Below are positions 23,245 through 31,180 of a DNA stretch of 32,000 bases, one piece after another. Location of the stretch: contig NZ_CP180230.1 in the NCBI RefSeq assembly GCF_047555085.1, positions 240,001-272,000 on the forward strand, read 5' to 3'. Position 1 is the first letter of the stretch. Each line of letters starts with the position of its first letter. The DNA comes from Candidatus Saccharimonadota bacterium. Lineage in GTDB: Archaea > Nanohalarchaeota > Nanosalinia > Nanosalinales > Nanosalinaceae. The notes beneath the pieces were generated by a model. The model had not been told where the DNA came from. It worked only from the letters and a program-made list of their open reading frames with translations, and ran no database searches. Position numbers and translations under genes: made by a program.

Positions 23245-25002
23245 TCATCCCAGCTTCCAGTGAGGATTCTTCCTGTCCTTGACTTCAACTATCTCATCAA
23301 GAACAGATTTCTCCCCGCTACTCAATAGATCTTCAAGCTCCTGAAGCACTCTGTAATCATCTGAGTTGATGTCTGTTACCAGTATATCGCCTTCATCAAC
23401 GTTTCTTCCGACTGTGGCTCCTGAGATCGAGACAGCTACTTCGTCACCTTTAGAGGCCTGATCTATACTTTCGTTCTGCTCCTGAATACTTTTCACAGAG
23501 CCGATAACGTCGCCTTCAGGAGTCATAAGCTTTGAACCTGATGTAAGTACTCCGTTAACTATCTCACATCCTACTACAGCAGGAGTGGAGGATCTGAAAA
23601 CGTGATCTGGCATCAGACGTATTCTTGCAGGCCTTGAAACACTTTCCAGCTTCTCCTTTCTCTCTTTTTCCTTTAAATCCTGTTTCCACTCTGTATAGCC
23701 GTCAAGTATTTCGTAAATAACTTTGCTCTGGAAGACTTTTACCTTGTCTTTTTCCAGGGCTTCCTGAGCCTGATCTGTGACGCCTACGTTGAAGGCGAAG
23801 ATCGCACGGTGCTCTGACTCCTCGTCCTCGGCTTTAACTATGTCGCTCTTGTTGACAGGCCCGACTTCAGCCTTCTGCACCTGTATATCCTTGTCCTCGA
23901 TCTCTGTCATCAAGGCCTCAAGGGAGCCGAGGGAATCAGCTTTAACGACTATTCCGTGTGTAGAAGTTTCATAGGACAGTGATTCAAGTTCGTCCTCCAC
24001 TTCCTCTCTTGCCTCCTCGATTTTTCCTTCAGAGGCCGTTCTTATCGGTGCGCCTGAGATTATTCCTTCAAAATCTTTTGCAGAGATCTTCACTCCTGCT
24101 GCTGGCTCAACTTTGTCTGTCTCCGAGTAATGTTTATCCTCACGAATCTCTGTAAGAGGCCTTGGTTCAAGAAGCGCTCTTATCTCTGTTTCTTTCACTC
24201 CATCGGATGTACCGTAAACTACGGTGTCATCGCTTTCCATAATTCCGTCGTAGAGTATAACGTCTGCGGTCGTCCCCATTCCTTTTTCTTTGGAGACTTC
24301 AAGTACTGTTCCTTTTCCTATTCCTTCATGTATATCAAGTTCGTCGCTGAGATAGTTCTGACTGAGTCCTGTAACTACCATAAGTAGTTCAGGGATTCCT
24401 ACGTGTGTTTCAGCTGATATAGGTACTATGGCAACTTTCTCCTGGAAGTTGTCGACACGGTCGAACCTGTCTGATACGATTCCGTGATCGTTCAGCTCTC
24501 CCATTATCTCGTAGATCCTCTGATCAACCTGCTGCTGTACGTGGTCCTGCTGCTCTCTCATACCTTCTGTGAAAAGATCGCTGTCAGTGTTCCAGCCGTT
24601 GACGGTATCTACCTTGTTTAATGCCACAATGAAAGGTGTTCCGGAGTTCTTCAGTATGTCGATAGCCTCTTCAGTTTGAGGCTGAATTCCCTCCTGTATA
24701 TCTATCATCAGTATACCGATGTCGCTGATTGAGCCACCTCTCTTCCTGAGAGATGAGAACGCAGCATGTCCTGGAGTATCAATAAACATAATTCCCGGAA
24801 TCTCTATCTCCGTATCCAGTTGATTCAGAAGGCCTCCACAGACATCCTCCAGTGTTTCAAGAGGAACTTCTGTGGCTCCGATCATCTGTGTTATCTGACC
24901 TGCCTCACCCTCCGTTATACGTGACTCTCTTATGGCGTCAAGAAAACTTGTTTTACCTGCATTTACGTGGCCGAGAACAGAGAGAATAGGTTGACGAGGC
25001 AT
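23245..25002 (-). CDS. infB: Translation initiation factor aIF5B (IF2-type GTPase)
   Basis: G1 GHVNAGKTS, G3 DTPGHAAF, G4 NKVD. The domain order and length (585 aa) are typical of aIF5B. There is no intein. Confidence 0.93.
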   Translation of the reverse strand: MPRQPILSVLGHVNAGKTSFLDAIRESRITEGEAGQITQMIGATEVPLETLEDVCGGLLNQLDTEIEIPGIMFIDTPGHAAFSSLRKRGGSISDIGILMIDIQEGIQPQTEEAIDILKNSGTPFIVALNKVDTVNGWNTDSDLFTEGMREQQDHVQQQVDQRIYEIMGELNDHGIVSDRFDRVDNFQEKVAIVPISAETHVGIPELLMVVTGLSQNYLSDELDIHEGIGKGTVLEVSKEKGMGTTADVILYDGIMESDDTVVYGTSDGVKETEIRALLEPRPLTEIREDKHYSETDKVEPAAGVKISAKDFEGIISGAPIRTASEGKIEEAREEVEDELESLSYETSTHGIVVKADSLGSLEALMTEIEDKDIQVQKAEVGPVNKSDIVKAEDEESEHRAIFAFNVGVTDQAQEALEKDKVKVFQSKVIYEILDGYTEWKQDLKEKERKEKLESVSRPARIRLMPDHVFRSSTPAVVGCEIVNGVLTSGSKLMTPEGDVIGSVKSIQEQNESIDQASKGDEVAVSISGATVGRNVDEGDILVTDINSDDYRVLQELEDLLSSGEKSVLDEIVEVKDRKNPHWKLG

Positions 25003-25148
25003 TAAACATCACTAAGAACACCATCTAACTTTAGCTTTAAATACCTGCCCAGCAGAGAACAACAGAAAAAATTCGATGCAAGGCCTCTGGAGAAAATTTA
25101 ACGAGTTAGAGAAAAATAGATAAGAAGAATATGTTGGTGGTCTCGATT

Positions 25149-25304
25149 CTACTCCTCTCGAGACGCGTACTTGTGATTGCGGTCGTTCTTCCAGTTCTTG
25201 AAATGCTTGCTGGAAGCAAAGTAGAGCCTTTCTCCACTGTTCTTTACGTACATAATGCCTTCAGAAGGCCTGATTTCTTCGCCGCTGTATTCGCATTCTA
25301 CCAT
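25149..25304 (-). CDS. rpl24e: Ribosomal protein eL24 (L24e), 51 aa (not in ORF track)
   Basis: Hand translation gives MVECEYSGEEIRPSEGIMYVKNSGERLYFASSKHFKNWKNDRNHKYASREE. This matches the eL24 pattern C.(Y/F).G..I.PG.G.M(Y/F)V..DG....F.SSKC..N. It sits in the conserved L7Ae-S28e-L24e order. Confidence 0.8.
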   Translation of the reverse strand: MVECEYSGEEIRPSEGIMYVKNSGERLYFASSKHFKNWKNDRNHKYASREE

Positions 25305-25311
25305 TTAGAGA

Positions 25312-25488
25312 TCACCCTTCCATCTCCGTTTCCTTGATGTGGACTACGTCGTCTTCACGGATAGGGCCTCTTGCGTTTCTTACAAGAATCTTTCCTTCTT
25401 CACTTCCCTCGATAATCCTGCATCTGATCTTCCTGACCGTTCTGTGGCCCTGTTCTCCGATGACCTCGATTACTTTAGCTGCTACCAT
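25312..25488 (-). CDS. rps28e: Ribosomal protein eS28 (S28e), 58 aa (not in ORF track)
   Basis: Hand translation gives MVAAKVIEVIGEQGHRTVRKIRCRIIEGSEEGKILVRNARGPIREDDVVHIKETEMEG. This matches the eS28 pattern AEVIEIIGRTG...V.C.ILEG...GRIL.RNV.GPVR.GD...L.ETERE. Confidence 0.85.
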   Translation of the reverse strand: MVAAKVIEVIGEQGHRTVRKIRCRIIEGSEEGKILVRNARGPIREDDVVHIKETEMEG

Positions 25489-25531
25489 CTGATTTTTCAG
25501 TCCTCTTTTGTACCTTTATAGGAAAGGATTT

Positions 25532-25909
25532 TTACTCCTCTTCCTCTGCTTCGAGCAGTTCCTGTGCTTTTCTCTGAACGTCTTCGATCTCGTCTCCTGC
25601 ATTACCTGTAGAAGTTACTGCAACTGAAGCAGCCTGAACGTTGACGCCTGCTGCAATTCCCAGCTCTTCCTTGTCAGGGACGAAAGTGAAAGGAACATCC
25701 TTCTCCTCGGCAAGTGCCGGGATGTGCATAACGATCTCCTCAGGATCAACGTTGCCGGCTACGACAACGAGATCTGCTTCGTTCCTCTCGATAGTCTTCG
25801 TTACTTCGTTTGTACCGGTGACAATCTTTCCGGTATCTCTAGCTTTTTCTACTGCGTTGTAAGTATCGTCGGCGAGCTGATCGCCTGGTTCAAATTTCTG
25901 GTAAGCCAT
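25532..25909 (-). CDS. rpl7ae: Ribosomal protein L7Ae (K-turn binding; also a box C/D and H/ACA sRNP component)
   Basis: GTNEVTKTIERNEADLVVVAGNVDPEEIVMHIPALAEEKDVPFTFVPDKEELG. Confidence 0.92.
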   Translation of the reverse strand: MAYQKFEPGDQLADDTYNAVEKARDTGKIVTGTNEVTKTIERNEADLVVVAGNVDPEEIVMHIPALAEEKDVPFTFVPDKEELGIAAGVNVQAASVAVTSTGNAGDEIEDVQRKAQELLEAEEEE

Positions 25910-25925
25910 TTTTTGATAACACCTT

Positions 25926-25946
25926 TCACGCCCTTGATCATCAAGG
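25926..25946 (-). promoter_or_regulatory. Palindrome with an embedded UGAUGA in the L7Ae 5' leader (weak candidate L7Ae-binding element)
   Basis: The sense RNA reads AGCCUUGAUGAUCAAGGGCGUGAAAGGUG, about 15-45 nt upstream of the AUG. It contains a C-box-like UGAUGA followed 8 nt later by GUGA. The DNA palindrome ccttgat-c-atcaagg lies at 25932-25946. Confidence 0.25.
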
Positions 25947-26015
25947 CTATGTAAAGAATACAGTCGACTGGAACTTTTTTATACCCATTTAATCAAGTCA
26001 AAATCCGTTGTATCG

Positions 26016-26246
26016 CTACACGCTTTCAGGATCCCAGTCACCAAGCTTCCGATTCTCAATCAGATCCAAGTCCTCCTCAAGACCACGGATAACCATGTTC
26101 AACTGATGCTCATTGGAGTCGGAATCCTCAACAGGGAAATCATTCATCTCATCCACAAGCTCATCCCTGAGAAAACGCATTACCTCTATACTAGAGGCCT
26201 CTTCACGAAAATTTTCCAGTGCTTCCTTAACTTCTTCACGACTCAT
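26016..26246 (-). CDS. Hypothetical small acidic protein
   Basis: 76-aa ORF with an ATG start, on the same strand as and upstream of the L7Ae operon. It is acidic and looks helical. Confidence 0.5.
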   Translation of the reverse strand: MSREEVKEALENFREEASSIEVMRFLRDELVDEMNDFPVEDSDSNEHQLNMVIRGLEEDLDLIENRKLGDWDPESV

Positions 26247-26272
26247 AAGATACCCTTACGCGAGAAAAGTTT

Positions 26273-26989
26273 TTACTTCTCCGCCGTCTTGATAGATTTC
26301 TCGATCTCTCCACGCCTCTCACTGTAGGCCTCTATAAGCTCACGTACATCCCGCGAATTTTCCTTCTCACGGTGCACAGTCTTCCTCATATCATCAAGAT
26401 TGCCCTGAAGCTCCTGAGCCAGATATCCCATCTCCTCAATCATCTCCCGCACATCACGGAACTGCTCCTCACGCAGGAACAGCGGCTCGCTGCTTTCAGG
26501 CCTTGTATCCTTTGGCTCGGAACGTATAACTTCTTTCCGTGAACTGTCCGAGTCCTGAGAACTCTCATTCTGGATAGGACTGTCAGCTAGCGGAGAGCTG
26601 GAGGCCTGAGGACTGCTCTGCGTCTGTCCCTGACTCTGCTGATTCCGAGCCGGTTGCTGCGGCTGAGAAGCCGGAGATGGCTCCTGTGCCTGAGAGGCCT
26701 GGCCCTGACTTGTACTGTTCATGTTCTGTCTGGACTGAGGCTGCTGCATCTGGCTTTGAGAACTCTGCGTGTTATCCTGTTGATTACTGTTTTCCTGTAC
26801 GAACTGCGGTGTCTGTCCCTGACTCTGGTTGTTATTATCGTTATTTTCTTCAGAACTTCCGAAATCGTCAAATCCATCGAATCCCTGATCCTGCTGAGTC
26901 TGACGCTTCTTGTCTCCCTGAATCATTCCCTTGATTTCCTGCATATTTTCCTCAAGCTCCTCCTTGTCGTCAGATCCAAAATTGAACAT
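26273..26989 (-). CDS. Hypothetical protein with a long Q/N/S-rich low-complexity core and a C-terminal coiled-coil-like domain
   Basis: 238-aa ORF. Residues about 30-150 are dominated by Q, S, N and P (for example NNDNNNQSQGQTPQFVQENSNQQDNTQSSQSQMQQPQSRQNMNSTSQGQASQAQ). The C-terminal 80 aa are charged and helical. Confidence 0.6.
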   Translation of the reverse strand: MFNFGSDDKEELEENMQEIKGMIQGDKKRQTQQDQGFDGFDDFGSSEENNDNNNQSQGQTPQFVQENSNQQDNTQSSQSQMQQPQSRQNMNSTSQGQASQAQEPSPASQPQQPARNQQSQGQTQSSPQASSSPLADSPIQNESSQDSDSSRKEVIRSEPKDTRPESSEPLFLREEQFRDVREMIEEMGYLAQELQGNLDDMRKTVHREKENSRDVRELIEAYSERRGEIEKSIKTAEK

Positions 26990-27118
26990 AGCAGCTCTAA
27001 CAGAAAATGGGTGCTAGACCGGTTTAAATATTACGCCCTGTTACAGGAGAAATCACTGAAAATTTCGTAGAAAAATCAAGTAGATGTTGGATTAGAAAGT
27101 GGGAAAGAAAAAAGTTTT

Positions 27119-27742
27119 CTAGGCCTCTGCGGCCTCTCCGTCTTCTTCCTCGGAGTAACTTGAGACAAAGTCCTCAAGCTTCGCATCCAGCTTCTCTCCG
27201 TTAGCCTCCTTGATCTGCTGGGCAAGAAGCCAGAATACCATGCCGACAGCGTTCTCTCCCTTGTTGTTAGCAGGGATAACGTAGTCAACATCGTCAAGAC
27301 TGTTCTCAGAGTCAGCGATAGCCACTACAGGGATATCAACATCTGAGGCCTCTGTGATTGCCTGTCCATCCTCTTCAGGATCTGTAACAAGTACGATCTC
27401 CGGCTCCTTGAAGTTGTCGGAGCGTGGATTTGTCAGTGTTCCAGGCATGAAGCGTCCGTTAACGCTGTCTGTGCCAAGAACCTCTGAAAGAGTCTTGATA
27501 GGCTGGTAAACTTCTTCCTTCCTTCCTACTACAAGTATTTCTTCAGGGCTGTAATCCGCAAGGATCTCTGCCACTTTTCTTATCTGTTCATCAGTTTTAT
27601 TCAGGTCAAGAATCGCAAGACCGTTTTTCTTGACGTGGAAAATATAATCATCCATGTCAACGTGCTGTGACCGGGTTCCAATATGGACTCCGTTCTTCAA
27701 GTATTCTTCACGTTCAACCAGTAGTTCTTCTTCATCGCCCAT
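27119..27742 (-). CDS. rps2: Ribosomal protein uS2 (S2)
   Basis: LLVEREEYLKNGVHIGTRSQHVDMDDYIFHVKKNGLAILDLNKTDEQIR. The ATG at 27742 matches archaeal uS2 N-termini. The alternative start at 27790 would make an ATGA overlap with the upstream small ORF. Confidence 0.9.
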   Translation of the reverse strand: MGDEEELLVEREEYLKNGVHIGTRSQHVDMDDYIFHVKKNGLAILDLNKTDEQIRKVAEILADYSPEEILVVGRKEEVYQPIKTLSEVLGTDSVNGRFMPGTLTNPRSDNFKEPEIVLVTDPEEDGQAITEASDVDIPVVAIADSENSLDDVDYVIPANNKGENAVGMVFWLLAQQIKEANGEKLDAKLEDFVSSYSEEEDGEAAEA

Positions 27743-27786
27743 ACCGAGATTGTTGGAGGCAAATATTAAATAAGGCCCCCGACCCC

Positions 27787-28011
27787 TCATCCACTTTGAT
27801 CGATATTCTCAAGATCCAAGTCCAGTATATCACGGAAACGGAAATGTATCCAGAGGCCTGCCGCTACACCTGTCAGAAGAGGGACACCGAACTCAATCAA
27901 ACGGCCAATCTCTGTATCCGGAGCGAAAGTATTCGCCACAAGGCCTGAAATAAGAACGAGGAAAAATGCTGCAGCAGTATACTTCAGTACTTCAAAGTTC
28001 TGTTCTTTCAA
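27787..28011 (-). CDS. Possible small 2-TM membrane protein between eno and rps2
   Basis: 74-aa ORF with two hydrophobic helices and an acidic tail. The only available start is a TTG overlapping the enolase stop (TTGA), and there is no internal Met. Confidence 0.4.
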   Translation of the reverse strand: MKEQNFEVLKYTAAAFFLVLISGLVANTFAPDTEIGRLIEFGVPLLTGVAAGLWIHFRFRDILDLDLENIDQSG

Positions 28012-29129
28012 GGCCTGTACACCTCTCTATCCTCTGTTTCATCCCACAGTTTCAGCAGTCGATTCAGTTTTGCAATCCTGATATCTGCGATACCTGCCTT
28101 GATTACAGGACAGTTCCACTCCAGAGCCAGATCGCTGATCGTGCTGTCGCATGTCTCACCGCTCCGATGAGAGATAACAGGCGTATAATCCTCTTCCTCC
28201 GCCAGTTCAACAGCATCCTCCGTATCAGAAACAGTACCGATCTGATTCGGCTTGATGATAAGACTGTTACAAGCCCCGTGATCAACTCCTTCCTGAAGCC
28301 TGTCTCTGCTAGTCGTGAAAAGATCATCTCCACAGATCATCACATCTGGATTCTGGCTTGTCAACTTGGCATGCATACGGAAATCCTCCTGATCGAAAGG
28401 ATCCTCCACATAAACCAGATCATATGCATCAATAAGATGCTGTATAAACTTCAACTGCTCATTAGCATCGAACTCCTGACGCAGAGAACCAAGACTGTAC
28501 TTCCCCTCGCTGTAGAACTCTGAGGCAGCAACATCTAGGCCTATACGAGCACCATGTCTATCAGCAATCTTTTTCAAGGCCTTCAAAGTCTGCTCATCAT
28601 CCATACTCGTGATCAAAGCACCTTCATCATTCATTCCCTGTATACGATGTGCATAATCCTCTTTCAGATCCTGATAGATTTTCCTGTTGATTTCAATAGC
28701 TTCGGGAAAAGTTTCGGCCTCAACAGGCAGGACAAGGAACTCCTGGATGCTCGTGTTTCCTCCGTGCTCTCCTCCGCCGATAACATTACTCAATGGAAGA
28801 GGAAACTCTTTCCCGTGATCAAATCCAGAGGCCTGTTTGAAAGCAAGACTGGCCGCAATACCTACAGCACCGATACGTGAGAAATCATCGCTTCCATCTA
28901 TATCACGGAGACGGCGATCAAACTCTCTTTGATTCAAAACCTCGCCTTCAAGCTGCTGAAGCTCCTCCTCCAGGCCTTCAAGATCCTCCGGCACGAAACA
29001 TTTCGCCTCATGAGTTCCCGTTGAGGCCCCTGAAGGAGCCTTCCCGCTGAAGCCGTTGATCTCCACCTCTACAGTGTAGTTAGTTCTTGAATCAAGTATC
29101 TTCCGCAGTTTAACAGAATCAATTTTCAT
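28008..29129 (-). CDS. eno: Enolase (phosphopyruvate hydratase), short form of 373 aa
   Basis: SGASTGTHEA, GDDLFTTS, IKPNQIGT, SHRSGET. Confidence 0.92.
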   Translation of the reverse strand: MKIDSVKLRKILDSRTNYTVEVEINGFSGKAPSGASTGTHEAKCFVPEDLEGLEEELQQLEGEVLNQREFDRRLRDIDGSDDFSRIGAVGIAASLAFKQASGFDHGKEFPLPLSNVIGGGEHGGNTSIQEFLVLPVEAETFPEAIEINRKIYQDLKEDYAHRIQGMNDEGALITSMDDEQTLKALKKIADRHGARIGLDVAASEFYSEGKYSLGSLRQEFDANEQLKFIQHLIDAYDLVYVEDPFDQEDFRMHAKLTSQNPDVMICGDDLFTTSRDRLQEGVDHGACNSLIIKPNQIGTVSDTEDAVELAEEEDYTPVISHRSGETCDSTISDLALEWNCPVIKAGIADIRIAKLNRLLKLWDETEDREVYRP

Positions 29130-29204
29130 GTAGAAAAAATTGTGGAGACTTGGATAAAAAGGCCTTATGGAAAAGTAGAGAAAAAATATGTGGAGAGAAA
29201 AATT

Positions 29205-29366
29205 TTATCTTACTGTGATCGGGAGCTTGCCTTCTCTAAGCTCTCTCTTGCTGATCTCCAGAGGTGCATCTCCTTCCTCGGTGTCGACGAATGCCGGAGC
29301 ACCCTGAGCAAGCTGGAGGCTTCGAGCTCCAAGAATCCGTGCTCTCTCGTATCGCGTGTAACTCAT
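29205..29366 (-). CDS. rpoK: DNA-directed RNA polymerase subunit K (Rpo6), 53 aa (not in ORF track)
   Basis: Hand translation gives MSYTRYERARILGARSLQLAQGAPAFVDTEEGDAPLEISKRELREGKLPITVR. This matches the RpoK/Rpb6 core TRYE.ARI.G.RALQ...GA......P..IA..EL..G..P..V.R. It sits in the conserved rpoK-eno-rps2 order. Confidence 0.85.
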   Translation of the reverse strand: MSYTRYERARILGARSLQLAQGAPAFVDTEEGDAPLEISKRELREGKLPITVR

Positions 29367-29391
29367 AACTACTCACTTCACAGGAAGTTTT

Positions 29392-30162
29392 TTATCCTAT
29401 GTACCCGAGATCAGTGTTTCCGGTGTTCTGATCCTGTTCCGGGCTTTCAGACTGCTTCAGATTTTGCACCTTCTTCAGGATATCCTGTGACTCGTTCACT
29501 TTTTCATCAAGCTCCGAGTAATCAACGTCGACATCGATGATCTGCTCGACAACTTTCAGAACTTCTTCAGTAGACTTCGGATCGCTCAACAGGAAGCCAG
29601 GTGTCTCACCGAGAACGCAGACGCCTTCAAATCCTCTTTCCTCTCCGATGCCCAGTAGAAGGCCTGAAACTCCGACGATCTGGCCTACATCGTGATCGAA
29701 AGTGACTCCCATATCCTCGTATCTTTCCTGATCTTCCTTGGAAGTCGTCACTCCGAATACTTCAGGATCCTCAACGACATCTCCCTGCCCGTATCCGCCG
29801 ACTGTAACGATTTGAGAGGCCTCTACATCTTCCACGATCTCCATAACTTTCTCAGCTACTTCGTGGTGGCCTTCTGGCGTTGAGGCCTGTGCATTTCCTT
29901 CCAGAAGCACGAGATCTTTCTTTCCGTCACGCTTCAACTGGTAAATAGTATTCTTGATTGTTTCAACGGTTTTATCGTCAGTCACCATAGCGAAAGGAGG
30001 GAAGTGATGCGAGTATACCTCTCCAACTTTCTCGGATTCTGTATGATCAGCTATGTAACTGACTACATTCCTCCCTATGTGGCCTATACCTGCAAGGCCC
30101 TCTATAAATACCGGATTTTCGACATCAAAATCTTTCTCCATCTCTATTCTTGTAGTCTTCAT
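29392..30162 (-). CDS. PAC2-family (COG1938, proteasome assembly chaperone-like) protein
   Basis: N-terminal VFIEGLAGIGHIGRNVVSYIADH resembles the PAC2 signature. Its position after nop10 matches a conserved archaeal neighbourhood (from memory). Confidence 0.55.
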   Translation of the reverse strand: MKTTRIEMEKDFDVENPVFIEGLAGIGHIGRNVVSYIADHTESEKVGEVYSHHFPPFAMVTDDKTVETIKNTIYQLKRDGKKDLVLLEGNAQASTPEGHHEVAEKVMEIVEDVEASQIVTVGGYGQGDVVEDPEVFGVTTSKEDQERYEDMGVTFDHDVGQIVGVSGLLLGIGEERGFEGVCVLGETPGFLLSDPKSTEEVLKVVEQIIDVDVDYSELDEKVNESQDILKKVQNLKQSESPEQDQNTGNTDLGYIG

Positions 30163-30165
30163 AAT

Positions 30166-30312
30166 TTATTCAACCTCTTTTTTCGTTTTGCGTCTGTACT
30201 TGCCATGCCTGTCCGGGAACGAAAACTTTGGAGGCCTGGCCTTGACAGTTTTCACGCCGTCAAGTTCATCTTTCAACGTGTACCTATTAGTCTCTGGACA
30301 CTTTTTAATCAC
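30166..30312 (-). CDS. nop10: H/ACA RNP protein Nop10, 48 aa (not in ORF track)
   Basis: Hand translation from GTG 30312 (SD GGTGA 9 nt upstream) gives MIKKCPETNRYTLKDELDGVKTVKARPPKFSFPDRHGKYRRKTKKEVE. This matches the Nop10 core YTL....G..T....PP(K/R)FSP.D..GKYRR. It lies directly downstream of aIF2-alpha, as in other archaea. Confidence 0.8.
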   Translation of the reverse strand: MIKKCPETNRYTLKDELDGVKTVKARPPKFSFPDRHGKYRRKTKKEVE

Positions 30313-30347
30313 GGTAACTTTTTCACCTGAGTTAAAGAAAAAATTTT

Positions 30348-31103
30348 TCAGGCTCTTGAGAACTCGAAGTTCCCGTCAAGCTCGTCAACTTTTTCCCGAA
30401 TATTTCTTACAGAGTTATCGATACGTTTCTTCGCAAGCTCCTGTGTACGGCCCCAGGCAGTGATAGAGTACTCTGGAGCGGAGATGTACTTCACTTCAAC
30501 GCCGTCATTTATATCGGAGAGAACTTCCTTGATACGTTCAACTCCGTCTCCCTGAGGGAAAGAAAGCTCCAGTGTACCTTCCAGTTTCTCCTGCTTCAGA
30601 TCGATGTTGTCTCTTGCAACGTCCTGAATAGCCGCTACAACATCTTCATCGAACAGATTCTGAAGCTTCTCTTCCTCGGCCTCTGAAATCTCAAATCCGT
30701 AGAAAGAGCTTCCGAACTCTTCCTGCATCCTGAACCCGATATCTTCGTATACATCATCGACTTCACGATCCAGTTTCTCGGCAAGATCCTCGATAAAGCT
30801 TTCAGCCTTCTGCTCCTTCTTCCAGCGCTCCATCGTATCGCGCTTGTTATTATCATTTACACGCTTCAAAGACAGAGTAACAGTATCTCCCTCTGCGTCA
30901 ATAACCTGTGCAACATTCTTCTCACCCTCACTGAGTTCTTTAGTCATATCCTGAACCCAGGAACGTGAAACCTCGGAGATATGGATAAGGCCTTCAACGT
31001 CCTCGTACTCCTCAAGATCTGCATAAGCAGAGTTCTTGTCAACATCAGTAAGAGTTACAACAACAAAATCTCCTTCCTCAGGCCTATCCTTGTACCATCT
31101 CAT
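30348..31103 (-). CDS. eif2a: Translation initiation factor aIF2 alpha subunit
   Basis: N-terminal S1 domain PEEGDFVVVTLTDVDKNSAYADLEEYEDVEGLIHISEVSRSWVQDM. Its length (251 aa) and helical/alpha-beta C-terminal domains are typical. Confidence 0.9.
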   Translation of the reverse strand: MRWYKDRPEEGDFVVVTLTDVDKNSAYADLEEYEDVEGLIHISEVSRSWVQDMTKELSEGEKNVAQVIDAEGDTVTLSLKRVNDNNKRDTMERWKKEQKAESFIEDLAEKLDREVDDVYEDIGFRMQEEFGSSFYGFEISEAEEEKLQNLFDEDVVAAIQDVARDNIDLKQEKLEGTLELSFPQGDGVERIKEVLSDINDGVEVKYISAPEYSITAWGRTQELAKKRIDNSVRNIREKVDELDGNFEFSRA

Positions 31104-31180
31104 AAATACACAAAACGCAAGACAACTTTAAAAATAAACTGAAAAACATAAAGGCCTCTCCAACTAAAACTCAAGTACAG

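Noticed and set aside
25131-25521. Plus-strand track ORFs 25131-25337 and 25339-25521.
   Set aside because: The minus strand encodes clear eL24 and eS28 homologues in the conserved position after L7Ae. The plus-strand products are hydrophobic nonsense.
27076-27297. 73-aa minus-strand ORF overlapping the rps2 3' end in another frame.
   Set aside because: It is out of frame with a confident uS2 gene, and its product is basic and S/T/R-rich.
29392-29409. C-terminal HbYX proteasome-docking motif in the PAC2-like protein (it ends ...DLGYIG).
   Set aside because: The Tyr is at the third position from the end, not the second, so the canonical hydrophobic-Tyr-X terminus is not met.
29142-29540. 132-aa plus-strand ORF.
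   Set aside because: The opposite strand encodes a clear RpoK (29205-29366) and the 3' end of the PAC2-like gene. The plus-strand product is Cys/Ser/Arg-rich.
30004-30463. Plus-strand ORFs 30004-30330 and 30077-30463.
   Set aside because: They are antisense to the PAC2-like, Nop10 and aIF2-alpha genes, and their composition is Phe/Leu/Ser-rich.
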